Shown here one piece after another: positions 32,729 to 42,066 of a stretch of 64,000 nucleotides of DNA (positions are counted from its first letter, which is position 1; every line of letters starts with the position of its first letter). The stretch spans positions 186,001-250,000 of the forward strand of contig OW569359.1 of assembly GCA_937625935.1 (NCBI GenBank), given 5' to 3'. Under the pieces are notes generated by a model, which did no database searches, was not told the DNA's origin, and worked only from the letters and a program-made list of their open reading frames with translations. The stretch comes from Tetramitus jugosus. Its lineage: Eukaryota > Protista > Heterolobosea. The position numbers and the translations under genes are program-made.

Positions 32729-33347
32729 AAAAACACTTTTGAAAATACTGGCTGTGAAAACGTTTTTTGTCTCTTCGGGATTTTATTGTTGAATTGAGCG
32801 ATTCCACGCCAAGAGTCATCGAACGGACGATGACATCTTGAAGGTCTTTGAGGTGTTTCACTCGAGTCGACATGCAGAGGAAGTATAGGTCAAGTGCGGA
32901 ACACTATCAAGATGTTCAATTACAGCTTCAAGGTGAAGCTCGAGTTTCAACTAAGAATAGAACCAATGAACCGATGTCACGAAATCGTGTTCCAACAAAA
33001 GCCCTCTTTAAAGGATCGCCTGGCGCTCCATGCCACCAGATAGCGTCCAGAAACCAAAGCAACCGCAATAGAATATCGTAAAAGTTTTCCAATCCCGAAC
33101 AGAGTCTTCGTCTTTCTATCCGAGCTCCGTGCACAACCAAATTTCTTCGAACTTCATCAATACAATCTAATACTTGACAACTGCCTTTGTTTACGGTCCT
33201 GAATTCCCTCTAAATTTTTTGATTTCAGAGCAGTTACATTTTACAAGTACCAGCCGAAGCAAAAAGCTTGACACCCATAGCTTAGCAACAAACTCATTAT
33301 CCCAACTAATAGCTACACCCCATAGAACCAAACTAAAGCAAACAGCC

Positions 33348-34391
33348 ATGAATATTCACATCAAAGCTTACATAACAGAGGAAGATAGTTATCACAGAGA
33401 TACAATCTCCTATCAAACTACCTTAACTCACTTTATAACATCAATTTTAGGTTTGGAGCTTCATTCCAACCTTACCATAGAGTACATGGACGAAGAAGGA
33501 GATTGGATACGGGTAAACAATGAAGATCAATGGTCTCATGCAATTAACCTTCACATGTCAATTAAAGATCGATCTCCAAAGTCATCGGAACTCTTCCGGT
33601 TAAGAGTAAGACCCAGAACACAGAGAACTCTCTCTCAGCAAGCAATTGTGTTATCACTAGAGAAAACACAAGCTTATTCCGAGAGTGACCATATCTCACC
33701 AAGATTACAGTCCTATCCACCTCCACCACCTGCTCCTCCACTAAATTCTCAAACCAGTGCTGGGTCAAAGAGAAAAGAAGACAAGAAACCAGCAGCTCCT
33801 CCATCTCCTCCACCCATGACCACAACAATGTTTGTGTGTAAAGATTATGATATATCCAATTTAGTTGAGAAACCCACACTAGCAACTGTTCTCCCTCCAT
33901 CTCCTCCAACCCCACCTCGCTTCTCTCTTCAAGAAGCCATCACCAATGCCCGAAACAATCTAAAGAATCACTCTGATCGCAAAGAAGGTCCCAAAGTCCA
34001 GGTAGTTCAAGATTACTTCACACCTTCGGGTGTTCCAAAGAGTGAATTTTTGAAGCAGTTATCGGCAAGGATCAAAACCAACAAACAAAAACACATGTCA
34101 ACAAAGGAGGAGTTTGATATGGTTAAAGATGTCAAGAGAGGATTACATGAGGAATTACTACGAAAGTGTAAAAAATTGGATGCCACAGTGAAATCAACAC
34201 TACAGTCCTCCTCGCCACTATTAGACGAACTACTTCGTAGGCAAAAACAATTTTCCATGAGACAAGTACAAAAGAAAGAAGACTTGGCAGAGTATGAATG
34301 GGTGGATACAAGGGATTTGTCTCTTCTTGTCTCAGGTGAAGAAGGTAGTTCTAGTTGGCTGTATTCCATCCTATCGAAGTTCAACTTCTAG
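33348..34391 (+). CDS. PB1-domain protein with polyproline tracts and WH2-like helices
   Basis: OPCA motif LTIEYMDEEGDWIRVNNEDQW; PPPPPAPP tracts; SLQEAITNARNNLKN. ATG at 33348. Confidence 0.75.
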   Translation: MNIHIKAYITEEDSYHRDTISYQTTLTHFITSILGLELHSNLTIEYMDEEGDWIRVNNEDQWSHAINLHMSIKDRSPKSSELFRLRVRPRTQRTLSQQAIVLSLEKTQAYSESDHISPRLQSYPPPPPAPPLNSQTSAGSKRKEDKKPAAPPSPPPMTTTMFVCKDYDISNLVEKPTLATVLPPSPPTPPRFSLQEAITNARNNLKNHSDRKEGPKVQVVQDYFTPSGVPKSEFLKQLSARIKTNKQKHMSTKEEFDMVKDVKRGLHEELLRKCKKLDATVKSTLQSSSPLLDELLRRQKQFSMRQVQKKEDLAEYEWVDTRDLSLLVSGEEGSSSWLYSILSKFNF

Positions 34392-34633
34392 GCGTGGATT
34401 GTACATATATATTTTTCAATTTGATGTATTTTAGTAACATTCTGTATGAATTCGTACAGATATTTCACCAAGATAGGGCTCGCTCAACAATATGCTTGAC
34501 TAAACTCAACCCTCAATTGTTGATCGAGTCGTGTGAAATAAATAATCTTTTGTTTTGTACTAAAATGCTCATATTGACGCAATAGTATTTGTTTGACACA
34601 ACACATTCACAAACTAGTATGATTCATGGTGTT

Positions 34634-35278
34634 TTATTCCCACCAGCTCGTAAGTCCTAGTCCAGGCTGATTCAACCGGCCAAACACAATCATTGGCAAA
34701 TCAGACATGTTGTTGTTCTTCGAGGCACTACTGGCTTGTTGCTGCTGTTGTTGCTGAGGTGCGCCAGGCTTCTTTACTTCTGCCTTGGGTGCCTTGGCAT
34801 CTTGTTCCGAAGTATGGAATTGAATGCTGTTGACTTTGAAGCGAATTTCCTCTCCCAAATCAAAGAACATGTCATGTTCTTGATACTTCCACACCCACAG
34901 ATTCTCCTCATCCTGAAAGTAGGAGTGATCTGGCAAGAGGTACGGTGGGATCCAAACATCATCAAAAAAGTTGACAGACACACGAATGCCATTCTTCAAA
35001 TCACATCCAACAATTTTCCCGCTAATAATTTCTCCTACAAACGGCCGAAAGACAATCAACCGGAAGGTGGCTTCTGTGTGAGAGGCACCATCACCAGGGT
35101 AAATGTATGGATCTCCAATTTTCAAAATATCGTATATGGAGATGCATAGACCAACATCAGGAAGAATTTTGTTGGCAAATTTGGAATGAATTTCATCTTT
35201 AAGAGCAATAATGTAGTCTTTGGAGAAGTGATCTGGCTCGATGCGAATTTTGTCCTTGATTGTCACCAGAGAGAACAT
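34634..35278 (-). CDS. POLR3H: RNA polymerase III subunit RPC25/RPC8
   Basis: MFSLVTIKDKIRIEP, KFANKILPDVGLCISIYD, FRLIVFRPFVGE, GLGLTSWW. Confidence 0.95.
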   Translation of the reverse strand: MFSLVTIKDKIRIEPDHFSKDYIIALKDEIHSKFANKILPDVGLCISIYDILKIGDPYIYPGDGASHTEATFRLIVFRPFVGEIISGKIVGCDLKNGIRVSVNFFDDVWIPPYLLPDHSYFQDEENLWVWKYQEHDMFFDLGEEIRFKVNSIQFHTSEQDAKAPKAEVKKPGAPQQQQQQQASSASKNNNMSDLPMIVFGRLNQPGLGLTSWWE

Positions 35279-35748
35279 GTTTATGTGGTGGGTGGTATTG
35301 TTGCTGTTGTTGTTGTTGCTGATTTTTTTTTCTGGTGCATGCAAAAAAGCATTTTCGCGTTAGTTTTTGGCTCGGTGTTTTATTCTGTGCTTGCAGAGCT
35401 TCAAAGGTGTCGCAATTGTGTTGCTAAGTGGGAGTGGGGATAATAGTCCAATGTTGTATATGTTGCTACTTTATTGTGAGTGAACAGCTACTTGATTCTT
35501 CCTTCCCTTTGTACAATAATGCTACTTGTTGATCAATCGATCCCCATCCCTCAGTGGTCTTTTTCAAATAGGAGTGAGAGTTTTCTCGCACCTTCTTCGT
35601 TGTTTCTTGTCTTCTCTTCTGACTTGAACAGTAATAAAAATAATGTATGAATGTGTGGTTAACACAATCTGTTCTCTTTCTTGAGGGTCCTAATAATTAA
35701 TATAAAAATACAATCATCGGTCTCTTCTCTCGCTGGATCAGAAAACTG

Positions 35749-36003
35749 TTAGTAAGCTGCGGCGAATCGAGACTGTTGTCGATAGAACTGTCGTTCTAGT
35801 TGAGGCTGCTGATGAGTCGAATTCACGTCCAACAACCGAAAGCCTACGATCTGAGGAGGTGAACGACGGTTGTGCTGTTCAATGGACTGACCACCACTCA
35901 TCTCTTCATCATTCTCACCTAGTTCCTCATTGTCAATGTAATTTCTCTTGAGCCACATGCCAGAACACTTTAGCATGAACAGTCCAGTAATAACGCCCTT
36001 CAT
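35749..36003 (-). CDS. Possible small hypothetical protein (84 aa)
   Basis: ATG-initiated ORF with an A-rich leader in an otherwise empty gap; no domain recognised. Confidence 0.3.
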   Translation of the reverse strand: MKGVITGLFMLKCSGMWLKRNYIDNEELGENDEEMSGGQSIEQHNRRSPPQIVGFRLLDVNSTHQQPQLERQFYRQQSRFAAAY

Positions 36004-36448
36004 AGTTTTTAGAGTTTAGTATATGGTGTGGTACAACTGTTTTGGTTTTGGTTTTCTCTTTCATAAATAGGGAATCGTGTGTTCATGTCACGAGAGTTAA
36101 ATGGCGATTTACAGTTTCCAATTGCTCGTTGGTTGCCAACCTTGGATTCGGTCATCGTGCCAACGAATAACCCCAGGTCACCAATTAATCACTTGACATG
36201 TCTCTCCAAGGAAAATTTTCCCAAGGAGGTGACCGGGCAAATGAAAAAGTTATTTCTGGAAACTGTAGTCGAGGGCGTCAACAGTCAAATGATACCATGC
36301 ATCTTGGTATAAATACATTAGATTTACAGTGGTTACAATTTTAGATCAGACCGATTTTAGAATGAACCGTGAATTGTGAGGTCATCGATCTCTTTCAAAT
36401 ACAACACCGATCACCTCATTTTGAACAGAACACCACACTGAGAGAGAA

Positions 36449-36766
36449 ATGATATCAAGAACGCTCAACAGTATTTTACGCAATCCATGTGTCTGCTACA
36501 AGCGACACTCTATGATCATGTCCCAGAGGGTAGCATGGATTCACACTGACTCTGATAAGGTTCACAGGTTTGAGAACAGAATTGACACAAAGCACTCCAG
36601 ACTGCCATCCAATGATACAAACTACTTGGAGAACATGGCGGCAGAGGACAGAGTTCCTGGACCTGCTTCTGCTCCTATCAGCAAGTCCTTTGAAGAAAGA
36701 ATCAGAGATGGAGAGAGTGGAGATTGGTCTAGAGGAGCAGAAGATGGTTCCTATCGCCAGCATTAG
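36449..36766 (+). CDS. Small hypothetical protein with a mitochondrial-presequence-like N-terminus
   Basis: MISRTLNSILRNP...KRHS, Arg/Ser-rich and acid-free start. AATAAA about 20 nt after the stop. Confidence 0.55.
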   Translation: MISRTLNSILRNPCVCYKRHSMIMSQRVAWIHTDSDKVHRFENRIDTKHSRLPSNDTNYLENMAAEDRVPGPASAPISKSFEERIRDGESGDWSRGAEDGSYRQH

Positions 36767-36828
36767 CGCGACATCACCATGTACAAATAAAATGCAAAAA
36801 TTGGAATCTCAAAGATACACTTCATTAT

Positions 36829-37800
36829 TTAGGCGGTGGCAGGTTTGTGATAAGGGATTGCTTTTGAACCGAATTGGATCCATGGAAGGACATACCACTT
36901 CCATTCAATGTGATAACCCTTCTTGTTATTATTTTCGGTTAGTCCAATTGAGACCAGGTAGTCATGTTTGTCTGCATAGTAGCTAAACAACAAGAAAACT
37001 GCCCACAAGTAGCTACCATATGCTGTGAATAGATGCCAAAAGCTATGAAGCTTCAGAGCGTCAATACCGTAGCCACACATTGCCTTATCCATATTCCATA
37101 CAGTAAATGCCAATATAAAGCTTGCGAACACGCATCTGATGAGATTCTTCTTTTGTTTCATGTGCAGCTTGCTTGTTAGTGATGGTCCTCCGGGAGTATT
37201 GGACAACTTGATGCTGAAGGCATAGGAGAAAATCATCTCAAAGAAGAATGTGGCAATGAACAGAATGGGTGTATGTACATCATAAACGGCAAACAGGAAG
37301 GAGAACACTGATATGGTAAATAGGAAGGACAGGAAGTGTGACCACGAGATGAAATACTTGAACACTCGCTTATCTTCACTGTATGAGATGTAATCCCTGT
37401 GGTTCCACAAACAGTACAACAGAGAGAGTATGGGTAGATGCATACTCAATTCATCCCACATTTGATCTCTCACCTGTAGTGTCATGTGAAACATCCAACT
37501 TCCTATACCGACCATTATCAAGCTAAGGTTCATCCAAGAGAATCGCACGAGTGGGCCATTGATGGAGTCTGTAGGATTACCACCTTTTGCCATCCCTTTT
37601 AAAAGAATCGGAGCTTGATTCTTCAACTTTCGATAGAAGGATCTCGTATGGATCAGAGATATAATAGCCATGATTACATAGAATAGATTGGACAGCGTGT
37701 TATAGGTTTCAGCAATGTAGTACGAGTGCTGATAATCTGGTTCGCACCAGTTAACACTAGCAGTGGGCACTCCCCAGAATCCTTGGTTATTGGTTGTCAT
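36829..37800 (-). CDS. ACER3: Alkaline ceramidase (CREST superfamily)
   Basis: GFWGVPTASVNWCEPDY..YIAETYNTLSN, GIGSWMFHMTL, DELSM, LHSFWHLFT; multiple transmembrane segments. Confidence 0.92.
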   Translation of the reverse strand: MTTNNQGFWGVPTASVNWCEPDYQHSYYIAETYNTLSNLFYVIMAIISLIHTRSFYRKLKNQAPILLKGMAKGGNPTDSINGPLVRFSWMNLSLIMVGIGSWMFHMTLQVRDQMWDELSMHLPILSLLYCLWNHRDYISYSEDKRVFKYFISWSHFLSFLFTISVFSFLFAVYDVHTPILFIATFFFEMIFSYAFSIKLSNTPGGPSLTSKLHMKQKKNLIRCVFASFILAFTVWNMDKAMCGYGIDALKLHSFWHLFTAYGSYLWAVFLLFSYYADKHDYLVSIGLTENNNKKGYHIEWKWYVLPWIQFGSKAIPYHKPATA

Positions 37801-38027
37801 GATAGCAGTTCTTGCTTGTTTTTCTTCTATGGTCACCGAAAGGCATTTTAGTCAGCTCTGTTGCGAAGGATTGTGCACCACAGAGCTTTTTTTAGCGGCT
37901 CAGGAGGTTCCGCGTAGATTAGCTGTGACTGTTCGCGTGAGCAAGGATAAACTCAAAATCTCCAACATGGCGAAAACAAGTGAAGGAATTGGACTTGATG
38001 CATGGAGAAGGTATGGATCTATGCGGT

Positions 38028-40631
38028 TTACTTTCGATTATAAAAATCCCTTTCGAATCGCACATAACTCTCCAGCATCTCCGGATGTTTCCGTAAGACA
38101 GGTGTCACTCGGTTCCTCGCTTCAATAAAGTGCTCGTAATCGATCGCAAAATCATCCATGTTTGGACTAGCATCTCCATTAAAGAACTTGCGCATCGATA
38201 CCATACAAGCTTCGCGACATAACGCCTCTAGCTCAGCACCTGTCATATCACCAGTCATACTCGTATTATTAACCAATTGTTCGATCACTTCTGTACGGTT
38301 AATCACCGGTAATTTTCTTGTGTGAATTTCCAATATAGATCGTCTCGAGTCCTCATCTGGTGGAGGAACGTAAAGAATGTGATCCAATCGACCAGGTCTC
38401 ATGAGAGCATTATCAATCATGTCTGGGCGGTTAGTGGCAGCAATCACAAGCACTTGCTTTGCTTGTTCGACACCATCCATCTCATTGAGCAACGTGGAGA
38501 GAATTCTGCTTTCGACACCACTGCTGGAAGCATTCGGCGTTCCTTTGTCAAATCTCTTGCCGACAAGAGCATCTATCTCATCTAAAAACACAATACTGGG
38601 ACTCATGATTCTAGCTTCAGTGAATACCCGTCGAACAGATGCTTCTGCTTCTCCGACATATGGACTGTAAATTTGTGCCACATTACAATAGATGAATGTG
38701 GAGTGTGTCGCTTTAGCTAGTACTCGAACAAGCGTAGTTTTTGCACAGCCGGGAGGCCCATAGAGAAGAATTCCACGGGGTGGTTCTAAGCCTAGTCTCT
38801 TGAATGATTCGGGATACATCATTGGCCACTGAGCACTCTGTTGCAGCTTTTCTTTGATGTCGTAGAGACCTCCAATCTCATTCCACACATTCTTCTCTTC
38901 CTCTATTCGGTCGCCAACTTGGGCGTTATCAGAGCTGGCGTGTATCCATTTTGCAGACAAGGAACTCGATCCCTTTTGAGCTAAAGAGTGAATCATGTTC
39001 ATAATTGAAGTTTTGGTGTTCTGATTATCTGTCAGCATTGGCGAAACAATATTCTTAATGGTTTGTGCAAGCTGATTCAAAGATCCCATGTTGTAACCAA
39101 TGGTCCACTCACCCAACTTTGAAAACAACAGATCAACATCAATTTGCTTCTTGTTCTCTTGGAATAATTCCTGGAGTTGTTCCGTGCAATAATCACTTCT
39201 CTCCGCTTGCGAAGGATATGAGAATGCGACTTCTCTCTGAAATTTACCACGAAGTACAGAACTGATCTGTACTGTACTCCTGCCTGATTCATTGTTCTTT
39301 GTATCTGTTGATGCAGCTCCAACGATCACTACTTTGCATGACAGTGAATTGAACGCAGCATGTAACTTTTCCCAATGAGCAACAACCAATGAATCATTTT
39401 GTTGTTGTTGCAAATCATCAATAAATAAAATCACGGTGTCTCTATTCTTTTGTTTCAGTGTTTTCTGCACATTGGTCACAATGGACTTTTCTAATGAACT
39501 TGTAATTTGATTCACATAAATGAGCGGAATGTGCAACATTTGAGCACATAGTTTCACCCCAAAAGTCTTTCCCACAGCGCTGGGACCATGTATCAACACA
39601 CTATATCTCAATCGCATGTCCGATATGGAGCACGCAGCCTCCATTAATGAAAAAAGTTCCTTTGTCGCGCTTGTCAGTAACTTTTTATCGTTGGTTGCCT
39701 TTAGAGATTCACTTGAAATGTGAGTGATTTGCTCTTGTTCAACTCGCTTGTTTCGTTCCTTTTCCATGTTCTCATTATTGACAATTGTAATTTTTGTGTC
39801 TCGTGTAATTCTGTACACACATGAATTCGTTGCGGCGGCGGTATTCGACAAAGTGTTTTGTTTTCGCTTGCTACCACTATTACTGGTGTCATTGTTGCGA
39901 TGATGAGCACATGAAACTGACTTCAACTCAAAAATGCACTGATCATTCAATCGAATAAAGCAGCACTGTTGTTCTTGTTGACTATTGTTGACAACAACAA
40001 CCATAATGTCATGCAGCTCTAACCGAAGCCATTCCATCCACTCAGAACTACGACTACGATTACTCTCATCATCATCATCACCAGTAGACACCAATGACAA
40101 ACACACATCAGTTGCATTCAATATCCTGTCTACATGAATCAATTGAATATCATCTTTGAGATGAACCACCATCGTACTCCTATCACTACTCCTATCACTA
40201 CTACTATTACTGCTATTCATTGAAAATCGATTCATCTTTTCAATCATTGTTTCATATGAACTATCACTATTTTTACGAGGGAACAAAAAAACAACGGGAT
40301 CCAATTCAATCTGATGATTGCTGCTGTTGTTGTTGCTATTTGTGTTCTCTAGTGATAATACAGTCGAGTTGGCATCTCTAGTGTTTTGAGTCATTGGCCA
40401 AACAACTCCCATGACACTCAAATCACCATCATTTGTTCGAATGATGCATGGATTGTGAATCAAACTTGTTTTTCTCTTTGGATTCGTAATTCTTTGAAGC
40501 TTGAGTAGTGTTTCATGACTGATTTGAACGCGAGATCGAGTGGTTGGTGGTATTTTTGTCGTTGCAGTTGTTGTTGTTGGTTTTATTCGAATGGTGAGCA
40601 CTGCTTGTTCATCTTCGTATCTTGACGCCAT
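38028..40631 (-). CDS. Double-ring AAA+ ATPase of the CDC48/AFG2 clade (AFG2B/SPATA5L1-like)
   Basis: D2 intact: WNEIGGL, GILLYGPPGCAKT, FLDEID, AATNRPD..D.ALMRPGRLD. D1 degenerate: GPSAVGKT, LFIDDL. Confidence 0.8.
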   Translation of the reverse strand: MASRYEDEQAVLTIRIKPTTTTATTKIPPTTRSRVQISHETLLKLQRITNPKRKTSLIHNPCIIRTNDGDLSVMGVVWPMTQNTRDANSTVLSLENTNSNNNSSNHQIELDPVVFLFPRKNSDSSYETMIEKMNRFSMNSSNSSSDRSSDRSTMVVHLKDDIQLIHVDRILNATDVCLSLVSTGDDDDESNRSRSSEWMEWLRLELHDIMVVVVNNSQQEQQCCFIRLNDQCIFELKSVSCAHHRNNDTSNSGSKRKQNTLSNTAAATNSCVYRITRDTKITIVNNENMEKERNKRVEQEQITHISSESLKATNDKKLLTSATKELFSLMEAACSISDMRLRYSVLIHGPSAVGKTFGVKLCAQMLHIPLIYVNQITSSLEKSIVTNVQKTLKQKNRDTVILFIDDLQQQQNDSLVVAHWEKLHAAFNSLSCKVVIVGAASTDTKNNESGRSTVQISSVLRGKFQREVAFSYPSQAERSDYCTEQLQELFQENKKQIDVDLLFSKLGEWTIGYNMGSLNQLAQTIKNIVSPMLTDNQNTKTSIMNMIHSLAQKGSSSLSAKWIHASSDNAQVGDRIEEEKNVWNEIGGLYDIKEKLQQSAQWPMMYPESFKRLGLEPPRGILLYGPPGCAKTTLVRVLAKATHSTFIYCNVAQIYSPYVGEAEASVRRVFTEARIMSPSIVFLDEIDALVGKRFDKGTPNASSSGVESRILSTLLNEMDGVEQAKQVLVIAATNRPDMIDNALMRPGRLDHILYVPPPDEDSRRSILEIHTRKLPVINRTEVIEQLVNNTSMTGDMTGAELEALCREACMVSMRKFFNGDASPNMDDFAIDYEHFIEARNRVTPVLRKHPEMLESYVRFERDFYNRK

Positions 40632-40759
40632 TTTTTGTTTTTGTTCTCGAAGCTTGTGTGAAAGTTCAATATTTTTGTTGCACAAGAGAACAATCCGCTA
40701 CCTTGTAAATCCCCTGTTGCATCACAGCTCCACTGCTGCTCGGGTTACAGGAGGACCAC

Positions 40760-41660
40760 TGGTTTCAATTATCCCTAGGGAACTCTGTTCAATGTTTGTT
40801 TCAGCATTCAATTTTTCGAGGGTACTCACACACTGCACATGAGACATTGCCCCAGGATCTCAGATCACGCATTTCTTACTTGAGAGGGGCGAATATGAGT
40901 TGCTTTATTTTCCACACATCTTGCGAGGACTTCATCTTTGCCATACATACAGCGTGTTGTCTCTCTTGTGTGAAGAGTTCCACTTCGCACTTGAGCATAG
41001 AACCACTCAATATTTCTATATATCTTGTGGGGATACTTCAGAAAGCTGAAGTCTGCACCACTTCGCATCGCGTCGGCTTGCAGCCAGTAGAGCCCAATCT
41101 CCTTGATTCTCTCTGTCCTCTGTTGGTTCATTAGAGATTGTAGCTGCTCTCTGCTCTCGATAGGGAAGTCCCCCATCATAAGAGATTTTACAGCAATACT
41201 GTTGGCGGAGCCCTCCTTGAGTGACTGACATCCACACCCTTTCATTTGTGACATCCTGATGTTCAGCAGCTCGTGAGATCTTGCACCGATCTTGCATCTC
41301 GGGAATTGACTTTTGATGTCCTTCAGACCTTTGATCTTGCTCTCCAGCACCAATTGGTTTCTGTTTGTGGTGGTCCAGCTTCCTGAGGTTCCCAAAAACG
41401 TGGAGGAACCTCGATTTCACACTTAAAGTGTCTACGTTCATACAATGGTGGAACCACCTCTTCCCATTTCGAATAGAGAAGTTAAGCGCCATCTGGCTGA
41501 GTTAGTATTGAGATAGGAGACTACTCGAGAACCCTCAGTGATGTAGGCTTTTGGTTGTGTTGAATTATTGAGTATTTCACACCATTGTGATATCTGCAAG
41601 TTAACTAGTACTGTAGCTTTTGGGCTGGATCTTTCAGTTGTTGTTGCTCTTTTCATTCAA
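40760..41660 (-). pseudogene. Probable decayed non-LTR retrotransposon fragment (post-RT/zinc-knuckle region)
   Basis: Broken, frameshifted ORFs on one strand. WFYAQVRSGTLHTR followed, after a frameshift, by KKCVI*DPGAMSHVQC (eroded CxxC..H..C). No RT core seen. Confidence 0.35.
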
Positions 41661-42066
41661 AGAGCTGCTTTGTAGCATAGAGGAAGAAATTGTAGTTCCC
41701 TCTATCACATAGCAGGCCAATGGCAGTTGTTATGAGTGTGCTGCAATTTAATTCACCATTTAGTTTGCATTTAATTCACCCATTCATTGTTTTTTATTGC
41801 TCTATCCAATGGAGACAAGTAAGTATGGGACGCATTTGCTAGAGAACTGGCGACTCACCAAACGAACCACCAAATCTCTCAGTGTTAAAAAGAACAAGGC
41901 ATGAATGAAAACGGACTCGGGCAACAATCGATGCGTGAACTCCCACCTCGAGGATTCTCGCGATTGAGAACACCGGCCAATGACGAGACCACTTTAAAAA
42001 AGAAAAGCCAAGACATGCAACTGCAAATTCTTAATTGATTATATCTAATTTTCCTTTGGGAGGCAT

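Noticed and set aside
32848-33140. Short ORFs between NSA2 and the PB1 gene
   Set aside because: No recognisable motifs, non-ATG starts in the track and no splice support.
37854-37950. Hairpin AGCTCTGT/ACAGAGCT followed by a T-run and a second hairpin
   Set aside because: Resembles a bacterial terminator, but the DNA is eukaryotic. There is no ACA tail for an H/ACA call, and it may be chance.
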